DNA of 62,946 bases, counting the filler, from Octopus bimaculoides (taxonomy: Eukaryota), in the NCBI RefSeq assembly GCF_001194135.2. It is 5 parts of 3 records of this genome, joined end to end, with 100 filler letters (N's around TTAATTAATTAA, not from the genome) between each part and the next. Parts side by side here need not be neighbours in the genome. Positions count along the whole stretch, not along the records: positions 16,133 to 26,710 come from NC_068981.1; positions 26,811 to 48,227 come from NC_068982.1; 3 more parts are not named here. One strand, written 5' to 3'. Below are positions 26,395 through 38,382 of this stretch, piece by piece. Below the pieces are notes generated by a model. That model was given only the letters and a program-made list of their open reading frames with translations. It searched no databases and had not been told where the DNA came from. Every line of letters starts with the position of its first letter. Positions within the stretch are counted from its first letter, which is position 1. The position numbers and the translations under genes were made by a program.

Positions 26395-26710
26395 TTTACG
26401 CGTGGGCGTGTGGTGAGTTTGCTTCCCACCCACACAGTTCCGTTGTCAGTCAAACTGCGCAGCATCTTGGGCAAGTGACTTCTACCATTGACTTGGGCCG
26501 ACCAAAGCCTTGTGGGTGGATTTGGTAGACAGAAACAGAACGAAGCAGGTCATATATATGTATATATATATAATATATACACGCGTGTGTATATATTTAA
26601 TAATTGCTAGGGAAGACATAACCGTGTGTGTGTGTGTGTGGAGAGAGAGAGAGAGAGAGAGAGGGAGGGAGGGAGGGAGACTCTGTGTGGTAAGAAGCTT
26701 ACTTCCCAAC
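26395..26710 (+). mobile_element. Two SINE family B 5' fragments
   Basis: 26395-26550 is a degenerate head (cttgggcaagtg...gggccgaccaaagccttgtg); 26675-26710 is a head start cut by an N gap. Confidence 0.65.
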
Positions 26711-26836
26711 NNNNNNNNNNNNNNNNNNNNNNNNNNNNNNNNNNNNNNNNNNNNTTAATTAATTAANNNNNNNNNNNNNNNNNNNNNNNNNNNNNNNNNN
26801 NNNNNNNNNNTAGATATGTGTGTGTATGTATGTATG

Positions 26837-26877
<41 letters not shown>

Positions 26878-27005
26878 ATACATATACACACATATATGTG
26901 ATGTATATATATATGTATAGCAACATGTGCCAGTATATATACAATTATGTACACCTATCAGTCTTACTGTTCATAAATAAATAAATAATTGTGTAATGTT
27001 TTGGG

Positions 27006-27018
27006 TTTATTGTTTATT
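27006..27018 (-). promoter_or_regulatory. Two AATAAA hexamers just 3' of the PRDM13 stop (candidate proximal poly(A) signals)
   Basis: + strand tttatt at 27006-27011 and 27013-27018, about 20-30 nt after the TAA. Usage cannot be shown from sequence. Confidence 0.35.
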
Positions 27019-27036
27019 TCTGTTGTTTTGTTTGTC

Positions 27037-28289
27037 TTACGGAGTTGTCTCCTCTTCTGTTGAGCTGCCATCTGGCTCTACTTTCAGTTCCGAGAGAGAG
27101 TCCGTTGCCTCATCCGCATCTTGGCTGTCTGATCTTTCGACCTCGTTCGGATGACGAGACTTGATGTGTCTTTCCAAATCTCGCCGTCTTACCAACACTT
27201 TCCCACAGAACTCACAGCGATACGGTGTGTCTCCCTCGGCGTGTAACCGAATGTGTTTATTTAAGTTGCTAGGATCACCGAACGGACGCAGACACACTTT
27301 ACACTTTAACGGTTTATAACCGGTGTGTGTGCGCAGGTGTATCTTGAGGCCGTACTTTCTAGAGTAGAGTTTGCCACAATAAATACATAGATGACCTTTA
27401 CGTGATTTGCTTGTATAGAGTGAGCGAGGCAAGAGGTCGAGCGGTTCTCCAGCCTTTTCGGACGGCAATGGAAACTTAAGGGGTAGTTCTCTCATGCGGA
27501 GATTTTCATCGACATTGTTATGTGACGCACCCGAGACAACGGTCGAACCTGGAAGATTGCGTACTTGAACCAGCGGAAACGGTACTGGACAGGGATGTTG
27601 GAAATATAAATTTTCATGAGAGTTCCTGGGTGTCGTACCAGCATTGTTTGAAGGTAGATTTGCACAACAATATCGTGTAGGGTCGTGGAATTTTGTATAA
27701 AAAGGGCAATAACACTGGAAAGCCGAATGCTCAAAAGCAAAGGGTATAGCGGGTGGATGTATATGATTGAATATCTGTATGGGTTGGGTTGTCGACTGGG
27801 GTAGTCTGTCACTTGTGGAAGAATTTGATAAATTTCTTTCAGGGAAAGAAGCTTTTGTGGACAAATTGAGAGCAATTTCAGAAGCCAGATTTGATTGAGA
27901 TGGAGACGATGAGGTGCAAGCTGTGGCAGAACCAATTCCACGCGGTAGGAAACCTGTTGCTGAAAATGGAGAACTTTTTTTATCATTAAATCGGGTTTCA
28001 TCGTGTCGAATATCTTCTCCACTTGTTGAGGTTGGGCTATTTACACGACGGAAAGCAGTTCGTGTTGATGTCTTCAAGAGTTCATCTTCGGAGGCGTTTT
28101 CGGACGAGGTTGTAGCACTGACTCTGTTCGGGGACGATTGAAAGACAGAAAATGGAAGCGATGGGATTTTGCCAAGACTGCTGAGAATCTGAGCTCGACT
28201 TTGAGGGCAACGGAAGCGCATGTGGGCCTTTAATGTGTTGGGATACAGGTAAGATTTCTGGCACTTTGTACAGGTGTAGCGTTGTTTAC
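27037..28289 (-). CDS. PRDM13: PRDM13 terminal coding exon: C2HC finger, S/P-rich linker, three C2H2 fingers, stop
   Basis: Encodes (G)KQRYTCTKCQKSYLYPNTLKAHMRFRC and GHLCIYCGKLYSRKYGLKIHLRTHTGYKPLKCKVCLRPFGDPSNLNKHIRLHAEGDTPYRCEFCGKVLVRRRDLERHIKSRHP, nearly identical to the PRDM13 finger array as I recall it. Acceptor ttctttcttttgaAG|GT at 28291/28290, phase 1. TAA at 27039-27037. Confidence 0.95.
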
Positions 28290-29481
28290 CTTCAAAAGAA
28301 AGAAGACAGAACAAATCAATTACTGTCAATGAAAACATTTCAGGAAAGAACATAAATTTACAAAATGAAAAAACATATATAAAAAAAAACTCGAATGCGA
28401 AATATGTTTTGTTTAAGTGGGTGGCTTGGTGTTGGTATGGTGAGGCAAACAGGAAAAATCGAACTTTAAATATGAGTATATTTTTATAACTATTTAGCAG
28501 AAGGAACAGTGNNNNNNNNNNNNNNNNNNNNNNNNNNNNNNNNNNNNNNNNNNNNNNNNNNNNNNNNNNNNNNNNNNNNNNNNNNNNNNNNNNNNNNNNN
28601 NNNNNNNNNNNNNNNNNNNNNNNNNNNNNNNNNNNNNNNNNNNNNNNNNNNNNNNNNNNNNNNNNNNNNNNNNNNNNNNNNNNNNNNNNNNNNNNNNNNN
28701 NNNNNNNNNNNNTATATATATATGTATGTATGTATGTATATGTACCATATAAAATTTGTGTACATTTAAACACAAAAGAAGCGACCCTTAACAGGCAACC
28801 TTACATGCTAGAAGGAGCAGTCAAAACGATCAAAACCACATTTAAGAGCAATTTCGAAGGGAATGAAAAACAAAAACAAAAAATACTGTGAAGGATTACC
28901 AGCTTGGATTGTAGTAACAATAACAACAGCAGCAGCTATATTGCACTCACATATAGTGCACACAACAACAACAACAATGCAGTAGAGTGCATACCTCCAC
29001 AATGTGCCAGATGGAAAGACTAAATTTCTATAAATGGAGCTATTGAAGTAATATGGAGGTAGTAGAGTATTTGCAAACAGCAAAGTGCTGGAAGTGGTAA
29101 AGTGATGTAGCCACACCGTGGTGTATTCATGTTCTGACGGTGTGAGTTCTAATCTCGCCTTTGAACTATAATTAATAAGTATCGGTAATTGTTAGGTATT
29201 TGAGTTCATTAAGTTAACCACGTGACTTCACTAGAAATATATAAACTTGTGTCAAAGTTTGAAGCAATATTTGGGACGTCAGAAGCCGAGGGAAAGTGGT
29301 CATCTTAGGGACTAATAGGGTTGCAGAAAAAGGATCCACTCACAATCCGGATTTTAGGGCAGCAGATAAATATTTTTATTTATCTTCTAAAGACAAGGTT
29401 CAAATCGTTGCAACAGAGCCGTCATTCACGGGCCAAATGGTGTCACTAAAACAATTTCTAAAGATGAACCATTGAACTCAC

Positions 29482-29731
29482 CTTTGATGTTATCCGGTGT
29501 TAATATTGGTATCCCTGTGCTCCGTGCTAATTGGTCGCTGTACCAGACGAACAGTTGCTCTCCTTTCTGTACTGACCGTAGTGTCCGAACGGTTACTCGT
29601 TTACAGCCACTGGTCTCATTATCACAGAAGACCTCAACATTCTGTTCATGTCTGTCTCTGGCTGGTTGGACATGCCGCAACCAGTTGCTGCTCCCATCGG
29701 AAGTTATCAACTTGCCGTTGACGTATTTCAC
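29482..29731 (-). CDS. PRDM13: PRDM13 internal coding exon: C-terminal two-thirds of PR/SET domain
   Basis: VKYVNGKLITSDGSSNWLRHVQPARDRHEQNVEVF...LRSVQKGEQLFVWYSDQLARSTGIPILTPDNIK has the PR motifs NWLRxV and GEQLxVWY. Acceptor ttgattcgcAG|GTG, donor AAAG|GTGAGT. 250 nt, phase 0 to phase 1, joins the next exon in frame (G+GT = Gly). Confidence 0.93.
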
Positions 29732-30362
29732 CTGCGAATCAAAGAGAATGAAAACTGGAAATTAGAAGAGTTTGATAAATGATTGCTTGTTTGAATAAGC
29801 AAACAACAGATTGGAAATCTAAACAGAAGCGAAGTTCAAAGAGAGAATCGTATTTAGAGGAGTGCCTTCTGTCAGAAGACAAGTGAGGCGATTTCTGGTT
29901 TTGAGATTTACTGTGCTTTTTTTTTAACACCATATATCTTTAAAAGCCCTTCCCCGGACGAAATACGGCAGTCTAAAAGCGTTTAAACGTAAGACATACA
30001 TTAAGTATGGGACATCGATAATAGTATTAGAGCTGTTTCTAACTGAAAATTAAATTTTGTCTCATTTTAATATTTGTTACAACTGTTTCTGCACCCATTT
30101 CGTTTTCTAACCACATTGCACGTCAATGGTTCTGTGCGGAAGACGGCGCAGTATTTTTGGTTGAATATACCGGAGTGGCATTTCATAAGACTAGCAATGA
30201 ATCGCGGCTATTTGGATTGTATCAAAAGTTGCATTAGAAAGACATCCCATTTCTAACATACATACATACATACTAGCTATGGCGACATGATCAGGCAGTG
30301 AAAGGGTGCGCAAAGTGGGAGCTAGAGAGAAGCAAGACGTGGTATGAGCACAAACCGCAGAG

Positions 30363-30416
30363 AATGGCGGTGCTCCAACATGGCCGCAGTCAAATGACTG
30401 AAACAAATAAAAGAAT
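30363..30416 (+). mobile_element. SINE family B 3' tail fragment
   Basis: ggcggtgctccaacatggccgcagtcaaatgactgaaacaaataaaaga. Confidence 0.75.
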
Positions 30417-31826
30417 TATATATATATNNNNNNNNNNNNNNNNNNNNNNNNNNNNNNNNNNNNNNNNNNNNNNNNNNNNNNNNNNNNNNNNNNNNNNNNN
30501 NNNNNNNNNNNNNNNNNNNNNNNNNNNNNNNNNNNNNNNNNNNNNNNNNNNNNNNNNNNNNNNNNNNNNNNNNNNNNNNNNNNNNNNNNNNNNNNNNNNN
30601 NNNNNNNNNNNNNNNNNNNNNNNNNNNNNNNNNNNNNNNNNNNNNNNNNNNNNNNNNNNNNNNNNNNNNNNNNNNNNNNNNNNNNNNNNNNNNNNNNNNN
30701 NNNNNNNNNNNNNNNNNNNNNNNNNNNNNNNNNNNNNNNNNNNNNNNNNNNNNNNNNNNNNNNNNNNNNNNNNNNNNNNNNNNNNNNNNNNNNNNNNNNN
30801 NNNNNNNNNNNNNNNNNNNNNNNNNNNNNNNNNNNNNNNNNNNNNNNNNNNNNNNNNNNNNNNNNNNNNNNNNNNNNNNNNNNNNNNNNNNNNNNNNNNN
30901 NNNNNNNNNNNNNNNNNNNNNNNNNNNNNNNNNNNNNNNNNNNNNNNNNNNNNNNNNNNNNNNNNNNNNNNNNNNNNNNNNNNNNNNNNNNNNNNNNNNN
31001 NNNNNNNNNNNNNNNNNNNNNNNNNNNNNNNNNNNNNNNNNNNNNNNNNNNNNNNNNNNNNNNNNNNNNNNNNNNNNNNNNNNNNNNNNNNNNNNNNNNN
31101 GGTGGTGGTGGTGGCGGAGAAAAGGAATCGTTGTTGTTGCTGTTAATGTCTTGAATTACATTCTGGAGAGTTTTTGATAATTCTATAGAAACATGGAAAC
31201 TAAACTGTAACATATGGAAACACACACACACACACACGTACACATACACCATATATATGTGTGTGTGTGTGTGTTGTGTACGGTACCTAATTTCACTTCA
31301 TGTGCAATCTTTACACTATATGAGAAAGGCATGAATGTCACACACTCGCATTTCGCCTCTTTGTCATCGTTACTTAACTGGAACCGAACCTTAATCGTTC
31401 CCTCCGTGATCATTCCACCTTGTTATTGCTATGTAGGGTAGCATGAGTCAGTATGGTTTTGTAATGTTTTTCAAGAATTGAGGGAGCCCTGGCCACTATT
31501 CCCAGCAGGTTGTGCGGGTTCCTCCGTCAGAATTCAGCCTTTCATCGCTGGTGACTGTTCCGGCAGACATGTTAACCATGCCGCTGTCTTCCGGCCATGC
31601 TACGGAAACATGGCGGCGGCTGCGGCGGCGGCGGTTTCATGTCTCCGGAGGTCGGGGTGACGCATGCATGGCACGAGTCACTGGGAAGGGGTGTGTATGG
31701 CTTTTACTTCGCCTCTCCATCCTATACACACACGCACCCACACACGCACCCACACACGCACGCACGCACGCGCTTACATACACAAACGCATAGACATATA
31801 AACAAATATGGACACACATCGGGAAA

Positions 31827-31857
<31 letters not shown>

Positions 31858-32787
31858 ACGCTCACACACATCCGCACACACATACAGAAAGATATGTATA
31901 CACATATACATACACGCAAATATGATTGATAAAGAAGTGCAAAAGTTGAAAAACTGAAGATTGAAGAGAGAGCGGGAGGGGTGGAGAGAGGGAAGGTGAG
32001 AGAAACGGTTGCACCGAAGGAGAAATTTACGAAGAGTAGCTTCGGAAATGCTGTGCGTGTGTGTGCGCGTTGCCATATGTATGTATGTATGTATGTATGT
32101 ATGCATGCATGCATGTACGTATGTATATACGTATATANNNNNNNNNNNNNNNNNNNNNNNNNNNNNNNNNNNNNNNNNNNNNNNNNNNNNNNNNNNNNNN
32201 NNNNNNNNNNNNNNNNNNNNNNNNNNNNNNNNNNNNNNNNNNNNNNNNNNNNNNNNNNNNNNNNNNNNNNNNNNNNNNNNNNNNNNNNNNNNNNNNNNNN
32301 NNNNNNNNNNNNNNNNNNNNNNNNNNNNNNNNNNNNNNNNNNNNNNNNNNNNNNNNNNNNNNNNNNNNNNNNNNNNNNNNNNNNNNNNNNNNNNNNNNNN
32401 NNNNNNNNNNNNNNNNNNNNNNNNNNNNNNNNNNNNNNNNNNNNNNNNNNNNNNNNNNNNNNNNNNNNNNNNNNNNNNNNNNNNNNNNNNNNNNNNNNNN
32501 NNNNNNNNNNNNNNNNNNNNNNNNNNNNNNNNNNNNNNNNNNNNNNNNNNNNNNNNNNNNNNNNNNNNNNNNNNNNNNNNNNNNNNNNNNNNNNNNNNNN
32601 NNNNNNNNNNNNNNNNNNNNNNNNNNNNNNNNNNNNNNNNNNNNNNNNNNNNNNNNNNNNNNNNNNNNNNNNNNNNNNNNNNNNNNNNNNNNNNNNNNNN
32701 NNNNNNNNNNNNNNNNNNNNNNNNNNNNNNNNNNNNNNNNNNNNNNNNNNNNNNNNNNNNNNNNNNNNNNNNNNNNNNNNNNNNNNN

Positions 32788-32841
<54 letters not shown>

Positions 32842-32864
32842 TGTATGTATGTATGTATTTGGAT

Positions 32865-33025
32865 CGTTGAACTCTGTATATTTATTTCTCTCCCCGTTTT
32901 TTCCCCCTCTTAATCCTTTCTGTCGAAAAGCGTGGACTCGAAATGCAAAGGACTTTTCCATTCTTCCAGAGTGATAAACTAATACACCGACACCTTTCCG
33001 TCTTTTGTTTTCTCTAAATTTGAAC
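32865..33025 (+). mobile_element. Repeat family E, degenerate copy with hammerhead-like motif at 32914-32952
   Basis: tccttt CTGTCGA a aagc gtgg actc GAAA tgc aaagga; similar to 62745-62946. Confidence 0.5.
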
Positions 33026-33274
33026 TATATACATATATATAAAATATACGAAGTGCTTTTCAGAAGGTTAGAAGCACTTTCAGGAGACGCACTTATAAAT
33101 GTCCTAGATTATCGTAATTTTAGTACTATACGTCTAATAAGCTGACCTGCCACCAACTCTTGTTATTCCAGATCGGAGGAAACGGCTGTAACAACACTTT
33201 GAACGAACCTTACTAAATACTACTTGTCCCTACTGACTAGTTTGCAGGATGCAGTCGAGATGTGAAGACAATTT

Positions 33275-33480
33275 GGAAGTTTTATGTTGTACTGAGCAAA
33301 AACGGTACAGAAATTTACGAAATGCTCCAGACTGCTTCTGGATGAAACTGTATGAGTCAAGCATGTTTTTCACTGGTACAAGACAGCCACAGAAAAGCTC
33401 AGGATGATCCTCTCTTTCGACAACAAGGGCATCATCTACAGCCACCACGTTCCCTCTGCTCAGACGATCAACACTACTTA
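33275..33480 (+). mobile_element. Mariner transposase relic with internal deletion
   Basis: LSKNGTEIYEMLQTASG*NCMSQA..FHWYK (N-terminal HTH) joined to KLRMILSFDNKGIIYSHHVPSAQTINTT (mariner KVML.VFFD..G.....F.P.GQTVN). Confidence 0.75.
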
Positions 33481-33572
33481 ACTCGGTTAATCTACCAACT
33501 ATTCCACTGCACCACTTGTCTGTCCGTAGCTTGCTCTGGGTACACCGAATGGAATTTGTGCCGACACACACG

Positions 33573-33618
<46 letters not shown>

Positions 33619-33879
33619 CAAATACTCACACACACACATGATGTACATATACACGTTGAAAAATCCAATCAGATAAAATTCCTATGACAAACACCATCGC
33701 TTCTATCCTCTTCACCTGCATATTGAGAAGAAATCAATAGATATTTGACATGTCCTCACCTAATTTCTGGCCAGTCCGTTTAACTTTCCTTATACACTCG
33801 CACACTCACGCACATACATATGTATGTATGTGTGTATGTATGTATGTATGTATGTATGTATTGGCGCCGATTTGCTGCC

Positions 33880-34776
33880 AGTTCAAAAGTTTTCCAGTCA
33901 TGACCTCCTTTATGCAGATGACCGTGACTTAGTCACTCATACAGTGGATGACATGCAAATACTTATGAATCGTATTTCTGCTTCTTGCAAGGCATTTGGA
34001 CTTGGCATTAGCCTGGACAAGACTGTTGTAATGTTCCAGCCTGCACCAGGAAATCCATATGTGAAACCAGCTATCTCGGTTGAAGGAACAATTCTGAAGG
34101 TAGTAGACAAGTTTGTCTACCTGGGCAGCACACTCAGCCGTTCTTGCTCCCTGGATGAAGAAATATCTTTCGGGCTGCAGAGAGCAACTGATTCCTTCCG
34201 ATCTCTTCAGTCTCGTGTCTGGTCCCAGCATGGCATCACAAGACAAACAAAAATTGCTGTGTACCGTGCATGTGTACTGACATCGCTCCCCTACTCATGT
34301 GAGACATGGACCCTTTATAAACGTCATGTAAGGGTCCTTGAACGCTTTCATCAGAGATGTCTGAGACACATTCTGAATGTTGGCTGGACCTTAAAAACTC
34401 CAGAGACACGGGTACTAAGGACAGCTGATATCTTGAGTATTGAGGCGATGGTGCACAAGCACTGGTTACGTTTGAATGGACACCTTATTGGAATGAAGGA
34501 TAGCAGGATTCCTAAGCAGATGCTATATGGGGAACTTGTGAATGGAAAGAGACCCCAGCAGAAACCAAGTCTGTGATTTAAGGACTGTGTCAAGTCCTCA
34601 TTAAAGGCCTGTGATATGCAGGACACTGACTGGGAGAGCAATGCCTGTCATCGCCACAGATGGAGGAAGCAGGTTAAGGAGGGGATCGACACTTTTGAGA
34701 GAGCACGTATCCAGCATGAAGAACTTAAGCGAGCTGCGCGAAAGTGCACGGCTCGTATAGTGAATGGGGAAAGCTT
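33880..34776 (+). mobile_element. RTE-clade LINE, 5'-truncated, in the large PRDM13 intron (antisense to the gene)
   Basis: LLYADD, FGLGISLDKTVVM, VDKFVYLGSTLS, YSCETWTLY, FHQRCLRHIL, RIPKQMLYGEL, and a C-terminal W...R..W..(V)..G..(F)E region; internal stop. Confidence 0.92.
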
Positions 34777-35931
34777 NNNNNNNNNNNNNNNNNNNNNNNN
34801 NNNNNNNNNNNNNNNNNNNNNNNNNNNNNNNNNNNNNNNNNNNNNNNNNNNNNNNNNNNNNNNNNNNNNNNNNNNNNNNNNNNNNNNNNNNNNNNNNNNN
34901 NNNNNNNNNNNNNNNNNNNNNNNNNNNNNNNNNNNNNNNNNNNNNNNNNNNNNNNNNNNNNNNNNNNNNNNNNNNNNNNNNNNNNNNNNNNNNNNNNNNN
35001 NNNNNNNNNNNNNNNNNNNNNNNNNNNNNNNNNNNNNNNNNNNNNNNNNNNNNNNNNNNNNNNNNNNNNNNNNNNNNNNNNNNNNNNNNNNNNNNNNNNN
35101 NNNNNNNNNNNNNNNNNNNNNNNNNNNNNNNNNNNNNNNNNNNNNNNNNNNNNNNNNNNNNNNNNNNNNNNNNNNNNTATATATATACATTTATATAGGT
35201 ACAGATGTGCTTTACCCATGTGTTGTACCCAGGAAACTGAAATGATGTAAAATTGTCTCAGAAGAGAGAAGGGTATTATATGACAGCGCGAAACAGTCAT
35301 CATATGTGTATGTATGTATGTATGTATGTATGTGTGTGTATGTATGTATGTATGTATGTATGTATGTATGTATGTATGTATATACGTATGTATGTATGTA
35401 TGTGTGTGTGGGTGTATATGAATGCGACATATTTGCAAATGGAGGTTAATGCTGTTTGTGTTTAAACTCAAATCAACAACTATAAAGAAAAGGTCCACCG
35501 TTGAAATCCACAAATTAATTTCTTACATTTAAATCTTAATCTTCCGGGATAAACCATCATCTCCATGTTTGAGACCCATCGATTAGCAGATTAGACTATC
35601 GAGTTTTAGGTAAAATAACTAACAGTTATATAAGAGCTTTGTAAGCCCCTGCATCAGCTGATCTAGGTTCGCAGGGTCTTCAAGTGTGCAGATAATTCAA
35701 TAAAATAGCCTCCTTTAACTTAAAACCCTTTATAACTGTTTCGAACACACTACAGGGCTCCGCACTAGCTTAGTCCGACCTGTTCTGATCGAGTTCCACA
35801 ACACAACGATCTTTCATAACAACTCAACAGAGAGCATCAAATGTTCATGGTATTATGTCTGCATGTGTGCATGAGTATACAAGTATATACATACATACGT
35901 ATATTGCTATATATGGATAGGTGTGTGTATA

Positions 35932-35979
<48 letters not shown>

Positions 35980-36599
35980 NNNNNNNNNNNNNNNNNNNNN
36001 NNNNNNNNNNNNNNNNNNNNNNNNNNNNNNNNNNNNNNNNNNNNNNNNNNNNNNNNNNNNNNNNNNNNNNNNNNNNNNNNNNNNNNNNNNNNNNNNNNNN
36101 NNNNNNNNNNNNNNNNNNNNNNNNNNNNNNNNNNNNNNNNNNNNNNNNNNNNNNNNNNNNNNNNNNNNNNNNNNNNNNNNNNNNNNNNNNNNNNNNNNNN
36201 NNNNNNNNNNNNNNNNNNNNNNNNNNNNNNNNNNNNNNNNNNNNNNNNNNNNNNNNNNNNNNNNNNNNNNNNNNNNNNNNNNNNNNNNNNNNNNNNNNNN
36301 NNNNNNNNNNNNNNNNNNNNNNNNNNNNNNNNNNNNNNNNNNNNNNNNNNNNNNNNNNNNNNNNNNNNNNNNNNNNNNNNNNNNNNNNNNNNNNNNNNNN
36401 NNNNNNNNNNNNNNNNNNNNNNNNNNNNNNNNNNNNNNNNNNNNNNNNNNNNNNNNNNNNNNNNNNNNNNNNNNNNNNNNNNNNNNNNNNNNNNNNNNNN
36501 NNNNNNNNNNNNNNNNNNNNNNNNNNNNNNNNNNNNNNNNNNNNNNNNNNNNNNNNNNNNNNNNNNNNNNNNNNNNNNNNNNNNNNNNNNNNNNNNNNN

Positions 36600-36636
<37 letters not shown>

Positions 36637-36639
<3 letters not shown>

Positions 36640-36856
36640 CGGCGAGCTGGCGGAATTGCTTGTACGCCGGGCGAAATGCTTAGCGGCATTTCGTCTGTCT
36701 TTACGTTCTGAGTTCAAATTCCGCCGAGGTTAACTTTGCCTTTCATCCTTTCGGGGTCGATAAATCAAGTACTAGTTGCGTACTGGGGTCGATCTAATCG
36801 GCTGCCCCCCCCCTCCCAGAAATTTCGGGCCTTGTGCCTAGAATAGAAAAGAATTT
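36637..36856 (+). mobile_element. SINE family A in the large PRDM13 intron
   Basis: Full consensus match, preceded by (TTA)n. Confidence 0.9.
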
Positions 36857-37235
36857 CTAAACACATTAAAATGGTCGTATAACGTATAGTTACAATTGTT
36901 GAAATTGATCAAATGCGAAAGAAGGAAATCTCGAAGACTCAAGCATTCTTTCATTGTATTTCAGTCAATCGTTTTGGCATCTACTGGACTTTCAGAATGT
37001 CTTGCAGATTTGAATTGGGAAAATAATAGCCTATGTACGCATGCATGTGTGCGCACGTGCGGATGTGTTTATGTGTGAAATTGTGTGCGTGTCTACGTGT
37101 GCCCACTCGTGCATGCATGTGTGTGCGTGCGTATGTATGTATGTATGTATGTATGTATGTATGTATGTATGTATGTANNNNNNNNNNATGTATGTATGTA
37201 TGTATGTATGTATGTATGTATGTATGTATGTGCAT

Positions 37236-37274
<39 letters not shown>

Positions 37275-37685
37275 GCGTGTGTGTATATAGTATGTAGCCT
37301 TTCATACATTTTTATTGTTAGTATCTTCTAAAAAGAAAGGGTCAGAATACCTAACAAAGAAAATCCCCTTCACTGGAATTTTGATAACAACAGTAGTGTT
37401 AGATGTTAAACTTTAGAAGAGCCTTGTATATTTTCACTGTTCCATTTATAGATTGTGTCTGTGGAGTTTGCTTTACTAGTCTCTGTCTTTGACTGAAAAT
37501 CCTAGTTTTCCAGATTGTGGCTCCACAAACACCTATATTTAGGGGCGTAGATTACTGGCGAGCACAGTGATTCTCAACTGGGGTCTACGTGACCCTTAGG
37601 GTTCATATAAAATTTCGTTGATAAAATTTATTAGTAATTAATTAGGCCGACTTCTACGATGCACAAAATATTTTAACAATTTTTT

Positions 37686-38145
37686 AGTACGCAGGAGTGG
37701 CTGTCTGGTAGCAAGCTTGCTTCCCAGCCACATGGTTCCGGGTTCAGTCCTACTGCATGGCACCTTCGGCAAGTGTCTCCTACTATAGCTTCGGGCCGAC
37801 CAAAGTCTTGTGAGTGGATTTGGTAGACGGAAACTGAAAAAAGCCCACCGCATATATATNNNNNNNNNNNNNNNNNNNNNNNNNNNNNNNNNNNNNNNNN
37901 NNNNNNNNNNNNNNNNNNNNNNNNNNNNNNNNNNNNNNNNNNNNNNNNNNNNNNNNNNNNNNNNNNNNNNNNNNNNNNNNNNNNNNNNNNNNNNNNNNNN
38001 NNNNNNNNNNNNNNNNNNNNNNNNNNNNNNNNNNNNNNNNNNNNNNNNNNNNNNNNNNNNNNNNNNNNNNNNNNNNNNNNNNNNNNNNNNNNNNNNNNNN
38101 NNNNNNNNNNNNNNNNNNNNNNNNNNNNNNNNNNNNNNNTATATA

Positions 38146-38181
<36 letters not shown>

Positions 38182-38382
38182 TTTGTGTCTGTGTTTATCC
38201 ACCCACCATCGCTTGACAACCAATTTTGGTGTGTTTACGTCCCCGTAACTTAACAGTTCGGCAAAAGAGAGCGATAGAATAAGTACTAGATTTATAAAGA
38301 ATAAGGTCTGAGGTTGACTTGTTCGACAAAAGGCGGTGCTGCAGCATGGCCGCAGTCAAATGAATGAAACAAGTAAAAGAAT
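37686..38382 (+). mobile_element. SINE family B, full length (gap in microsatellite), with long flanking direct repeat
   Basis: Head at 37686, tail ends at 38382; 33-nt direct repeat at 37650-37682 and 38394-38426. Confidence 0.9.

Noticed and set aside
28290-28773. N-terminal part of the 578-aa ORF (MFKCTQ...X...LFCLLSFE)
   Set aside because: Reads through intron, microsatellite and gap; the real exon starts at the acceptor at 28289.
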